Positions 12,001 through 25,000 of a stretch of 64,000 nucleotides of DNA are shown piece by piece. Position 1 is the first letter of the stretch, and the number at the start of each line of letters is the position of its first letter. The stretch is taken from assembly GCA_039621445.1 (NCBI GenBank), contig CP154954.1, positions 5,131,955-5,195,954 of the forward strand. The letters are read 5' to 3'. A program made the position numbers and the translations under genes. The notes under the pieces were generated by a model that saw nothing but the letters and a program-made list of their open reading frames with translations, was not told the origin of the DNA and ran no database searches. The stretch comes from Euglena gracilis (Eukaryota).

Positions 12001-15000
12001 AGGTGGTCCAGGTAGTAGCTTTTTCCAATGCCTAGGGAGTGGACCCCCGGGGTTCTCAATAGCCCCCCCAGGGAAATGCGCCCCAGGGGAATGCGCTGCC
12101 TGGGAAACTGTCCTCTGCCCTCTAACCTCTGCCCTCTGTACTTGCTAACCTATCCTCATATGAACCTGTCACCTGCCCTTGTCCCCACTGACCTGCACCT
12201 GATTTTTTGATTTGCCATTTTTTTGTTGAAAAAGGTATGTTTCCCTCGTGGATGATATTGGTTTTATTTTTTTTCCTGGCTTCGAATCGTGAATATGTTA
12301 AGACCCCCAGTGTCGGGTACCACACATTGTGCACACCGTGCGTCTTTCATGGCCTACTCTTTAAAAAAATTCGAACAATCAATGCGGACCATGTAATATT
12401 GTCAAAAAATTTATATTGGGGTCAAATTTCATCGAAAGGCGCACAGCGTGCAAAGTGTGCACGGTGTGTGGCACGGTGTGTGGCATGGTGTGGCACGGTG
12501 TGTGGCACGGTGGCACGGCGTGACACGGTGTGTGGCACGGCGTGGCACGGTGCGTGGCACGGCGTGGCACGGTGTGTGGCACGGTGTGCATAGTGTGCCG
12601 CACACCATGTGTCAGCCGCCCCCGAGAGCTACTTGCATAACCGCCCCCAACGACCCCCACCCGTTTTTTTCCCTGGCCGGCCCCAGCCCCCGCGCCATGG
12701 TGCGGATCGGCAAGGAGGCCGCCAAGGAGCGCGGTACGGGCACCAGCTTCGAGGAGGAAATCCTGCACGGGCACCTGCTGTCGATGGAGCTGGGGCTGCA
12801 CCTCACCAAGCTGCAGACGGCAAAGCTCCGTATGTCCCGGCCCCAAGTGACTCTGGAACGTTTCTTTCCTCTCCCCCTTTTTCTCCAACACAACTCCGAA
12901 TATTTATTCCTACAACAGCCGTATTTGACTGACATCGATTCTGACCACACGAAACATCTCATCATGGAATCACGGTATGCAAATATTTGGAACTATTATC
13001 ATTGTAAACCGACAGTGTCTGGAAATGCTCTCACAAATCATGAGCTATTTCCCATTGCAATTGACATGGCAATTTGCCATGTGCATTTCCAGCCCCTCCA
13101 AAAATTAATTAAAATTAATTCTTTCATCTATAGACAACCATTGCAGTTGGTTGGATTGCTTGGATTGGATGACCAGTGACTGAGAACACCTCCAAATTGA
13201 CCACACACATCTGTCTGTCAGATCGGCCCATCTTCCAGTTCACATACGTGCTGGACCTCAAAGGATACAAGCTGTCCCACCTCCACCAGCCAATTTTCTC
13301 CGGTGTGATACCTTTTCCACCCTAATTTTTTTCTTCCCCCCTCTGTCACATTGAATTAACTTTGAATTAAATTGTGGGTGTGGCATTCACCAGGCAGTTG
13401 CAGACAAATTGGAACAAGACCACCTCTTTATTTGCTCTTTGAACCATTTTGGAAATTTCCCCCCCTCCGAGGTCCTTCAGCAATGCCCTGACCTGAAGTC
13501 GGAGTCCGGTGGCTTTATTATTTGAGGGGTGGGTTGGAATTTGGGCGAAATTCCCCAAAAGAGCTCCACAAGAGCTCCGGGTCCCCAAGCCTTTTTTTTT
13601 GCTCTTTGAGCTGTTTTGCAAAATAGAAGCTCTTTTTATTATGCTTACTCTGGCCAAATTGCATCAATTTTTACTGATTCTCCCGATGTTTTTTTGGGGG
13701 TCATTTGTCCTCTTGGCTTCGTTTGCCTTCACTATTGTGTGGAGGGAGGCCTATTTTTTATTATTTGTGCAGCACATTATTTGCAAGTCATCAGGCAGGG
13801 TTCTCATTTGGGTTTTTAGAATCAGAGGGTCACAGAGCATACAAAATCGGTTGCGTAGGCCATTTTTGTACGTGTTTTTTTCCACAAGTTTTGGAGGCAT
13901 GTTGCTACTCTTCATTCAGAATCAAAACTTTGAAGAAGTCAATGCCTGTCTTGAACCTCCGTCGTCGTTTTGGCTTTGGGGTTTCCCTTTGTTCCCTTGT
14001 GACCTGCCGCGCGTGCCCACCATACTGCTTTTGTTGCAGCCCTCAAAGCGATCATTGAGAATGACAAGCGGCACTACCCGATTCGCCACCTCGCTAAGAG
14101 AAGACTGCCTCTGGGGCACCCTCTCTGCCCAATTCCTCTCTCATTGACCCTGCTGGCAGACGTCTATGTCAGTTGGGGGGGGATGTCTGGGCCAGGGCAG
14201 TATGGGAATCGGCCAAACAGCCAGGGTGGATGGGTGGGGAGACCGACCATCCCCCCACCCCCCACCACCGCCCGTCCTTGCGGGATCACCAATTTCCGAC
14301 CCCAAAAATTTTTCTGGGTGGATTTCTTAAACAAAACCCGTGAAAATGCTGTGGTGGGTGGGGGGGTCGACCCCCCCCCCAGGCCTTCCTGTGCAGCGCT
14401 CTCTGGGTCGCTGGACGGCAACTTTGTCGGGACCCCTCGGACCTCAGCGGGGGCGGTGGCGGCCGAGACGACCTGCCACGCCTTCGTCGTTAATGCCCCG
14501 AGCATCGTGACGGTGGCGTGGGCCCAGTGGTCCCCTGTGTTCCATTTCCACTCAACTGACAACACGAGAAACCCTCAACCTGTCAAAGTGCCTGGTGCCG
14601 CACTTTCCGAAAGACGAGTTGATGTTCATGTGCTTTTTCCATTTCGATCAACAAAACCAAGAGAATTGGAGACCACCAATTGCTTTGATGCATGCCTTCT
14701 GTTCAACGGGTTAATATTTTTTTCATGAATGCAGTGTGGGCAAACTTGCGGTTTTGTGTCATGTGTTTGTTCCCTTTCTTGTTTGTCTTCAACTGTTGCA
14801 ACGTTTATTTTGCGGAGCACTGCCCACAACATTATCAGCCCCCTTCTCGACCAGCGGACGCGGGAAAAGGTGCGCATCCTGGGCAGCAACTACCACCCGG
14901 CCCTCGAGAAGGTCATTGCTCCCGCCCAGTTGCCTCTCAGGAGGCACCCTTTTGGCCAGACTGCCTCCACACTGTTGCCATACGGAACACCTCCATCCCA

Positions 15001-16161
15001 ATCACCAGCTTGTTGGTGCTACCACAGAGTCTCTTAACTGTCCACCTGGAGGGATTGCTATCTTTGCCTCCACAATTGAGAAACAAAACTCGGAGTCATC
15101 CTTCTGTAAGAAGACACTATTGCTTTTAAATAATCATAGTAATTTAAAGGTCACATACGCTGTTTAACCATTTCATTAAGAAAACACAGGAAATTAATCA
15201 GCATTACCCCTGATTTGTATCATATAATGTCATGTTGCGTACATCTGTTGCTCAATGAGCTTTTCTTAATGAGCTGGACAAAATCTTTAAGCCACGATAT
15301 TCTTTTTCTGCTTGAAGACCCAGCCATGTGTCACTTGAGCTTTGAGGTGCAGGGATGCAGTGAAAACAGGAAAGTTTACAGACTAAATGCCTAAATCTTA
15401 CAGGGTGGGCAAAATTGGGGGGGGGAATTGTGGAAATCAAAAATTTTGGTCAAGTACCATAATTTCACCATAACAGTGTAGTTTTAGTAGTTATTCTTTT
15501 AGTATTCTTTCTAACCAGTTTCACCCTCTGGCATGAAGTTTCAGCCCAAAGTGACAAAAAATGGATGGAAAATGGTTGAAAATAGCCCGAAAATGACAAA
15601 AAATATCTATTTTGGCAAAGATTTACCTTTTGTGGCTTTTTTTGAGGCAAAATAGCCGGATTTTGTTCAGTGCCGCTATGAAAAAACAGGGGGGCTCCAC
15701 AAAAAATGGTTGAATAATTTTTTTTTTGCAAAAAACATTTTTTTTTAAGGTTGAAAATTTTCCGAGACTATTTTACGATATTTTTTTGCCGTAATTTTTG
15801 TATACCATCTGATTAATACTCACTTGAACTCTCGCGCTAACCCTTATTTTTTCCAGAAGCTTAAAATAAACCGTCGGTTACCTGATCACCCCTTCGGCTT
15901 AAAGTCCGTTTAACTTTTTTTGATTTATATAATTTGATTTTTTTTATACCACATTCATTTTAATACGATGAGAAAATATGACATATGACAGGCCAATTCA
16001 TTTTTGAATGTTTTTTTTTCCTTGTAGTCTACATTTGGTAATATTTTATACACAAATATTTCTGTTTGAAAATTTCCAACAGTTTTTGTGGCTTCTGGTG
16101 CCTCCCGCCACCGATCTTCCTTGGGGGCGAGTGCGAGTGCCCCGGGGGCTGTGTGCCATGA
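9096..16161 (+). CDS. SEC14/CRAL-TRIO domain lipid-binding/transfer protein, 319 aa; exons 9096-9214, 9764-9889, 10651-10708, 11081-11185, 11342-11420, 12692-12829, 13222-13302, 14040-14080, 14465-14521, 14828-14934, 16113-16161
   Basis: Exons sum to 960 nt with no internal stop. Hallmark motifs in order: FRRYLGARSWDIDRASRML..TLAWR (CRAL-TRIO N), HMWDREGNPVFIERTG..DP, FTYVLDLKG, HYPET..AFVVNAP..VAWNIISPLLDQRTREKVRILG, QLPIFLGGECECPGGC. Five GT-AG introns and five nonconventional introns. Confidence 0.93.
10709..11080 (+). other. Nonconventional intron (SEC14 intron 3)
   Basis: ACC-CAC..TGCACC ... GGTGCA..GTG-CCCCC; +4..+6 CAC pairs with -8..-6 GTG; joins PAP|DGF. Confidence 0.8.
11421..12691 (+). 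other. Nonconventional intron (SEC14 intron 5)
   Basis: ACC-TTGGGCTCGGC ... GCCGGCCCCAG-CCCCC; joins GAT CCT C|GC GCC ATG (DPRAM); no GT donor near the exon end. Confidence 0.8.
12455..12600. repeat. GTGGCACG/GTGTGGCAC tandem minisatellite
   Basis: Directly visible, inside SEC14 intron 5. Confidence 0.9.
14081..14464 (+). other. Nonconventional intron (SEC14 intron 8)
   Basis: ATT-CGCCACC ... GGTGGCG-GCC stem; removal restores the conserved HYPE motif. Exact boundary uncertain by about 1 nt. Confidence 0.85.
14522..14827 (+). other. Nonconventional intron (SEC14 intron 9), full consensus match
   Basis: GCC-CAGTGGTCC ... GGAGCACTG-CCCAC; joins VAW|NIISP. Confidence 0.9.
14935..16112 (+). 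other. Nonconventional intron (SEC14 intron 10)
   Basis: TCT-CAGGAGGCACC ... GGTGCCTCCCG-CCACC, 10 of 11 pairs in the +4/-6 register; joins TTG CC|G ATC (QLPIFLGG). Confidence 0.9.
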
Positions 16162-19045
16162 GGTGCCTTACCCCCTTTCACTGTACAACAGCCTCAGCCA
16201 CCCTGTTGGCTTGATGTCTTGCACACCCCCCTCTCACCCACGGCATCTTTTTTGGCTGACCAGGATTGGCACTGCAAAAGCAAGGACGGATGTGCAAGTT
16301 TCACAATTGCCCAGAATTTTTGCAGGAATGTAAAAAGTGATTTCGAACCTTTGGCTATCAGTCATTTTACAACTCTAAAAGGCAATGAATGCTGGACAGA
16401 TTGTCATTCCACATCTCGAGAGGTGAATCTCTGGAAAATTTTTCAAACGGAAGAGCAATTTCCCCGAACAATCACCCAGATAAAAATTCGGAGGTCAAAG
16501 TTTGGGGGGAAAAAACACAAAAAATCACACATTTCCCCAAAAATTCATGTCTCCATTTCCTCAAAAAAAACGTTTCTCAGTGCTTCTGCGACGTGGGTGG
16601 GGATGGGGAATCGCAGACCCCGACAAGGGTGATGTTGCCGACGGGGGGGGGGCATTTTCGACCCGATTATTGTGGTCCTCCAGCCCTCCGAAAATGGTCC
16701 TCTTCAGGGGTCTGGGCCAGAAAACCGAGTCAGTCACTCGGTCACTCTGAAAAACCAGCCCCCCCCCACCCCTGGGTCGGCCAGTGTGTCGGGCGTTACA
16801 TGGACCCCAACGTTGTGCATTCCACCGGAAACCGGAATACGATGCGGTGGGTTGCGTCCACACCTCTGGTGGGAGGCGCCGGGGAGGGGGGGTTGGCCAA
16901 CTTCCAGTCTGCTTGGCCCCGGGTGCCCGGCGTCAGGGCGTGCCCATCTGCCCTGCCCACCCGGAGCTGTCGCTGTCCCTGTGATGCCCCACGTGACCCC
17001 TTTGCCGCCACACCGGCTGCCACTGTGGCGGCCCCATTGGCCCCGGGGCAACCCGTTTTCCCTGCCAGGGAGCTGCAAACCACGGACGATTTTTCCATTT
17101 TTGTTTCGTCCCCTCCCCCAGGGCTTTCCATAACTGATTTCTGTGGCCTCTCCAATTGAAACCCTTTGCATGCTTCTGACTGGTTTGTGCATAACATGGT
17201 GTTCCCCCAGCAATTTTCTTTGTGATAATGTTTTCCTCAAAGTAGACGGCACGCAAAGCACAAGATCACCAAAAATACAAATAGATTTAAAACTGCGAGT
17301 TGAAGTTTATGCATTTTGAGGGGGGCCGGGTGTGACAACGTTTTCGTGCCCCTGTCGCTTTCCCTTGTTGGCCCTCGTCCCTTGCCTCGCCCCAAACCTT
17401 CGAAAGGCGACCCCATGTGCAGCGCATGCCTCAGGTTGCTGGGGCAGCCAACTCTGGCCGGCACTGGCCCCTACCCTCATTGCTGATGACGCAGAATTCA
17501 GCTGATTCAGTGTTCACTCATTTGTGCCGACCCCAACCCAAATCCAACCCCCCCAAATAAGATCGCCTGTGATTTTCAGAAAAAGCTCCAAAGCAACCCC
17601 CAATGAAACTATTAAAATCCCAAAATGGGTGACATTCTGACCTTTTTATTTTTTCTTGTGTCAAATTTGCCATTTTTTTCCCGGATGATTTTTGTTCATT
17701 ACAACATCCTGTTTGGACCTATTTGCAAGGCTTTTTTTCAGCTGAAACCTTAAAAAAGAAACACCCCAATTAAGACCCCAATGTGGTTTGAAGAAACACC
17801 CGATTTGACTTTTGGAGGGGATTTTATTTCTTGGGCCAAACTTCTTTCACGATACTTGGCGACAGCGGCATCCAGGGTAGACTCCTCCCCGCGAAGAGGG
17901 GCTGCAACAGCGCCCAAACTGCGCCGCTGCAACAATGCTAGCTCAGCCAGCTGACACCTTTTTTGTTGCTGGGCGAGCCAAAAAGCGCTTTGCATCATTT
18001 TTTTTTTTGATGCAAAGCGCCTGAAGTCTTTTGAAAAGGTGGTCAAGAATCGTTAATCACAATGTGACTTTGAGGGGTTTGTGGGAGGGGGGTTTGGTGT
18101 TGCTGCTTACTTTTTCTTGAAACAGTGCTTGGTCGCCCTTTATCCTTTCCTGTGTTTTTTTTTGTTGTTGTTTTGGCTCCTCCCCCCTCCAGCACCCTCA
18201 CCCTGCTCGTTGGCCTACATTTTCAGCCCTAGCCCAGCAACTCTTAACGAGAATCTGCATGGTTGGGTGGGTCGACCACACGAAACCCAGCTTGGCAGCG
18301 CGGGACTGGCGGGAAAGCCTCTGTTTAGCACAATGTGGTACCATTCTTCAATCATCCGCACCACTGATCTGCAATTTCCCAACGCTTTCGTTGCCTTTTC
18401 CTGTGTCCCTCAGATTTTTATTTGACTTCTGCATTTCGATCACGTGAAACTCCAGGGACAATGCATTATTACAACTTCCTACAATGTCAGCAATTTACGC
18501 AAGGTTTCACAATTTTTGTTTCACCACAGTAAGAGGCAATGGTCCTGCAAATTTCCCAGGGCCTCCGACATCAATCCCCCCCTTTTTGATTTGGAACTCT
18601 TTTTGATTGCAGTTGAATTTTTCTCACGACGGCAGCTTTGAGCCAAAGCGATGGTGACACCTCTCACACCGTGCTTGCACTTTTTTCACAAATAGATTAT
18701 TTTTCCCCCTAAATGATGCAGAACTGATATGGTTACAGAATTGATATGGTTACTTCAATGACAACACAACAACACAACACCCAAAAATACAACTTATGAA
18801 AGAGCAGATGAATTCCTTCCGTTAATATTTAAAAAGCCCAATGTTTTGACACCACGCACCGGACGCGGCTAAACCTGAGCTGGGCTTCAAAGAACTCTGG
18901 TGAACCAAAATAAAAACGGGCAAACCCAGCATTCACACACCCTCTGCAGCCACCCCTCACCTCGCCGCCAAATGAATTCGGGTGTGTGGTCCTGACCATC
19001 ACAGTGTTCCGGCTGCTGAACTTCTACCTGTAGTCCCTGGTCATC

Positions 19046-22000
19046 ATGGCCCGCAAGAAGTCCCACGTGATGTACCCAACCCAGTACGCCGCGCACGGGA
19101 CCTTGATATACCTTAGTGCATTTCGGGAGCAACTCAGTCTGGTTTATACCCCCAGCGCCTGGGGAGGCGACCCCCTCCCCAGGAATGCGGGACCCATAAT
19201 GTCCTCCCTCTCCCAATGGAACAAACTTAGCCCTGTCAAGTTCGGCTTTAAATTGTGCTCTGACCCCTGGGGGTCGTATAACCAATGGCTGCCATTTGTA
19301 CATACACTCATGGCTGCCATACATGTAAACATATATACATACATATACATATATTTAGGTGCGTGTGTATGTATGTATGTATATGTGTGTGTATGTTCAC
19401 ATTGTATAAATATGGGTATGGATATGAGAGCGCCTGTTCATCTAGAAAGAGGTCGGGCCAGAGGAGGAATTTTAGGACCCAGAACCCCAAGAGTTGGCCA
19501 AATCAAGGTGTGGGCAGATCCTGGGCAAACTGTATCAAAAATGAACCTCTGAGGGGCAGTCCCTAGCGGTGGGTCCGAATCCTGCCATGAGGTTGTGCGG
19601 GTCCAAAACAGGCTTCTTCTCAAGGCCTGGGTTGGCCACCCGCCCCAAGGGGACGCGCCAAAAAATCGGGCCATTTAAGGGCATTTCCCGAAAATTTGAA
19701 CCTCCTGGTCCCCCCCAGCCCGGCCTGGACCCACCCATCCACCCCCCTCCCCCATTTCTTCATGGAGGGGACTCTTCCAAGTAAAAAAAGAATTTAGCCC
19801 AGTCCGGGGGGTCTACCGCAAAAATGGTTACCTGCCATTTTGAAGGCTCTGAGGAGGCTCCCTGGAGGCTCCAGGTAACCAGGCTCCAGGGAGGCTCCTC
19901 TCTGGTCCTCCAAGGAGGCCCCTAACCTGAGCTTCAGTCGCCAGGTCACGATTGAAGGGGCGCCTCCTCCAGGTTACCACCTCATTTATCGCTTCACAAA
20001 ACTGCAAAAAATGGTCAGAAGAACGATTTCATGAGGTATTTGAGGGAATAGGTTTCGGGTTAAGGTTCTACTGCAAACAGTTGAGCCTGTCCTGCTCATC
20101 GTTGATAAGCTAAACCCCCCAAATAACAGGGCGGGGTGCCCCGTTACTGGCATCATCTTTTTGACCTTCCCCCTGCCCCGTTATTTGGGCACTGCCCATC
20201 ATCATGGGAAGAACGATTTACAAACCTGAGATCCGAGACCTTGAATATGATTTCGACCCATCCCTGATTCCGCTTGCACCATCCGTCTCTTCTGTCCCTC
20301 CCCCAAAACCTGCTGTGAAGCACTCGCGGCAGGCAAGCGTTGTGCAATATTTTCGTCGTCGTTAACCTCTTGGACCAAAAAACAAAAAACTGAGGGTGCC
20401 CCGTTGGAACCATCTTTTTCGGCCTGCCCCCTGCCCCGTTACTTGGGCACTGCCCACTCAAAGAGCACTGCCCCGTCATTGGGGGGGGGGTAGCCTCTAT
20501 TGGGTACTCAGCAAACCCAAACAGCCGCCCAACTAGGGTTAAAAAAAAAACAAACGTGGGGGGACATGAGCGAGGCGCCGAAGATGCCGAGCAAGGGTCC
20601 CCCCATGTGTGTTGGCCTAATTGGGTGGCTCTTTGGGGTTGCAGGTTCCCAGTAGGAGCCAATTTCAAACGCCCCCAAATTATGGGGCTCAAATTATGCG
20701 GTGTGTAACCATTCCAGGGGGTCAAAATTTTTTTGTGTTATTAATGGAGCAGGGTTAGGGGCAGGAATCCTGCTAAATCACTTTTGGCCTAACTTGTACA
20801 CCTAACGCTTCTCTATCAGTTAGGCCTAAAGTTCGGCCTAACTCCTAACCCTAACCTGTTCCGTCAATCACCCAAATTTTTACGCGACCCCCTGGATTGG
20901 TAATATGACCCCCCCCCCCCGGATGGGGCGTATAGCAGGGATCCTCACACGTCCTGAAAAGGAAATTCACGGAAATTCACGGAGGATCACGGAAATGGGC
21001 GGCAGGCCATTTTGACGGAAATCACGGAAATTCACGGATGAGGCGGAGGGTTCGGAAACTTTTTTGGGTCTTTTTGGAATGTGCTTTCTTTGTGCAGATG
21101 CCTTTTTGATGGGATGTTTTGCACATTCTCTGCTATTCCAAACAGACAATCACGAGAGCAAAGCCTCATTCAGACAATCACAGATTCTTTGTGGCCGCTT
21201 TCCTCCATTCTGGTCTCCCGGTCACAAAATTGGACCACGAAAGCATCAGAGATGTTCTCCAGAAATGCACACAAATTGAGGGCGTGTGGGTTTTTGCTTA
21301 TTCAGAAAATGACCTTCCCTTTCTGCCCAGGCTGCATCCAGAATGGTCAATCGTGACATCGGTCCGCTGACAGGGTTTTGCAACCCATTTTGGGGCAATG
21401 AAGAAAAAAATTCAAGGACAAAAGGTTTCCCCCCCCCTCCTGTACGTTTTTTATTTCATATCCAGTGTGGATAGGAACTGATGAATGTATTGACAGTTCT
21501 GGGCATGCGACCATAAACATTTTGTTGGGCATGCAAGGGAAGATCTAGGTTGAAGCATGGTTCAGTTGGGTTGCAAAGGGCCAAACTTGGGTATGAATTG
21601 GCTTCAGCTGTTGTCGAGGCCCTGGAGGATCTCCAGGACTATAATTTGGAGAAACAATCTGCTGCCACAACTGCCCAAATATGGCTTCGATGCAGAATGG
21701 AATGTGGCTTTTGAACAGGAAAATCACGGAAAATCACGGAAAATCACGGAAAATCACGGATACATTTTGGCCTCGGCCAGCACGGACATGTGAGGATCCC
21801 TGCGTATAGCCAATGAGCCAATGGCTGCCGCATAAACATATCTACATTTGCATGTGTCTATATATATGTACATTCCACTTAGACGGCCAAAGTGGCACTT
21901 AAGGGTCTTGGCCGATTTTGACTGAACGCGAACTTTGAACGTGTCTGTCTGACTCCATTTCTCGGGTTTGAAACCCCGGCCGACCACTTGCTTTTAGTCG

Positions 22001-25000
22001 TCCCGTCGGCAGCGGTCTCTCACGGTTTGTACCCCAGCACACCGCTGCTGACGGACACTTTTTTTTACCCCGTCGGCGGCTTGTCCCTCTCGGGTTTGCG
22101 ACACCGGCCCGCGACTCGAAAAATAAACCCATGCTGCCCCCCCAGCGACTGCCCAAACCTCGCCAAACAGCGTTCCCTCGCCCTCCTCTGTCTTCCAAAG
22201 CCAAAGAGGGGGGATGTCCCCCAAGGCGCGCCAAAGGTTCCTCGGAAGGGACGCCAGCATTCAGGTGCAGTTGCGCGCGACCTGAGGTGGGGTGGATGGG
22301 AAGCCCTTCGGTGTTGAGGTAGGTGGTAGGGGGGGGGGGTCCGGACCCCCTCCTTGACAGGTGCCAAAAACAGCAAAAAAATTTCTTCCGGCGCTGCGCG
22401 CCAGAAAATGAGCAAAAACACACCTTTTGCTGACTTTTGGACATATTGCCCATTTTTTGATGTGTTGGTGTTTTCCTCCAAAAAAAGTTCAAAAAAATTC
22501 AAAAAATGAGCATTTTTGGATCAATTTTCAAAGAAAAACCAGGATTTTTGACCGATTTCGACCCGATTTCCGGCCCTTTGTCCGTCTATGAAATCGAAAA
22601 TCGAAAAAATTTCGGCCCCCTCACTCAGTTTCGAGGTAGGAGGGGGGGGGTCCGACCCCCCCCCCCCCTCAAGGCTTCCCATCCATCCCTGGGTGACCCC
22701 TTTTTTGCTGTGGGGCTTGGAGGGAGAGGTGCCGGGCTTTGAAGCATGGGGGGAGAATGGAAAGGGTCGGAGGGGAAACGCCCGCAGGCGTTTGGCACAG
22801 GTGGGGCGGGGAGGGGGTAAACCTAGGCGGCCTAAGGTTTTGATTTTGGTGTGTAAGCGCAACGTTGCAATTTTTTAAAAAACCCGGCGGTGTAACCCAC
22901 CCTTTTGACCCTCTGGTTCCGCGGGGACCCGGGCACGTGCATCATTTGCCGATGTTGGCACCCAGGAACAGGTCGAATTTTGGTGTTTTTTTTTTGGCCT
23001 GTGCACCAAATTAAAAACAGTTCGAAACCCTGGGTTTGAACTCCAGGACACGTGAGTTTTCCCAAAACAGGGCCAAAAACCCCGCTGTGTCTCCTTCGTT
23101 TTTGATGCCTTGACTGTGTTCCCCGACACAGTGAATTTTGGCCCTTTTGTTGCTTTTTTTTTTTAATGCTCTGCGATATGTCCGTGAAGGGTTGCCTGCT
23201 GAGGTGTCCAGGGGGTGGACTCTACACACACTTTGTGAAAAGTTTGAAACATGGCGTGTCAGGGAGCTGTGATCCCTGCCGGTGCAGCGGGAGCCACCCA
23301 CGTGGAGGGGTTGGGGGGATTGAGGGCAGGGTCTTGTCCCAACGTCTGGTGAGCAACGTCAGGCCCCACACTGCCAGGCATGGAAGGCAATGGTTATGGA
23401 TATTGTGCTCAAGCGCAACAGTTATACACTGCGCACACGCGCGAGGGCTTTTGCAGACAGCTAAGGTGCATTTACTACCATTCGAATTCCAAGCCTCCAA
23501 GCCAAACACCCTTGTTGGGTTTTGTACCAATTTTACAACTATTTTTATAATTATTCTGTATTCCACTTTGTTTTCATTCTGGGTGTATGTTCAACAACGT
23601 AACTCCCCTCTCTCTCTCTCTCTCTCTCTCTCACCCACATGTTGAATTACAAAAAGTAAAAAATTTGCGCCAAAGCGCAAAGCATTTTATTTTTTGTAAT
23701 GAAACAAATCCTTGTGCCACTGTGCAAATGCGCAATGGAGTCCCCTCGTTTCATCACCCGCCGCTTTGTGTTCATGCACACTGGGACCCGGGAGAGCTGT
23801 GCCCGCAGACCGTGGAGTTCCACGTCGTTGCTTTCGTCCCCAGGCTTTGGGGTGCAGGGAGACACTATTTTCAGACTGTTTTGAGTCTCAGGCCTCGGTG
23901 TTCGAAAACAGAATTTTTTTTGGATTTGCGCGTTGGCGCAAATTTACAGTCACTTTCAAAGCTAAGTGCGAGTTAGGCCGCCTAAGCCCCCCCTCCAGCC
24001 AGCCAGCAGCCTTTTCCCAGCCCCGGACCCCCTGCCCCCGTCAACGAGATTTATTTATTCCCAGTCGCCCAAAGGGCGGGTGGACGGTAATGGATTTTTC
24101 GCTTTGGACCAAAAGTGGGCAAAAATGGGTCGGAAAAAGTTGTCCAGGACATTTTTGGGGTCAAAAATTCGATTTTTTTTTGCATAGTTGCTTTTTTTTT
24201 TGTGATTTCGTGTTGTTTTTTTTAGTTCCCGGTTCAGCTCCAGTCCAGGTTTGGCCCAGCTCCAGCCCAGGACCCCTATGGGCGTGAGGTCAGCCAGCCA
24301 GCCCAAATCTTCCAGCATCTGAGCTGTACCCCCGCCCACCCCTGGGGGTCTTTAAGCAACGCCCTGGTTCAGTTGTTTCGTCATTAGTTTTTTTTTTTTT
24401 TGATTACCCCCCTCCACCTGGCTGCTGGCCTATAACAAAGCGTTTTTTTGGGGGCATTTTCACCTGGGTGGCTCATTGGCCCCCCTCAGACCATTGCGTC
24501 TACCTCGCTGCCCTGAAGCTTGCCCCTTGGTCTGCTGTAGCCGAACGAAACGCAACGGGGGACAAGTCTCGCATCCCCGACTTGGACGGCATGTGCAGCG
24601 TTCCATCCGCCCCCACCCCTGCCTTTTCCCAGGCAAGCCGCACTCTCCACAGAATGCTGTCCTCTCTGTCGCTGCCCTGCGGCGCCGATGTGCGGGTGGA
24701 GTGGACGGGCTCCAGAGCGGCTCGGACGGCGTGCAGGCGATTGCCGTGTTTAGCCGAAGGTTGGGGTGGTGTCGACCTTCCCTGGACGAGGCATGCTTTT
24801 TATGGTTGCAATGGATTGCACACAAATGTAGGAAACATAGGAAATGTAGGAAATACAGGAAATATGGGAAATATGGGACAAAATAGTATGCAGGCTCCGC
24901 AACCGTGCTTTTTACCACACGCCATCGTCAAATGCTTTTACCAGAGACTTATTTCCAGAAAACCCAGGCTAACAATCAGCAATTTTTTTTCCAGTTTCTT

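Noticed and set aside
14397-14464. AG at 14395-14396 as SEC14 acceptor
   Set aside because: Would replace or interrupt the conserved HYPE segment supplied by exon 14040-14080.
17750-18690. Possible pogo/CENP-B transposase remnant on the minus strand
   Set aside because: Multiple stops and only vague similarity; not supportable without a search.
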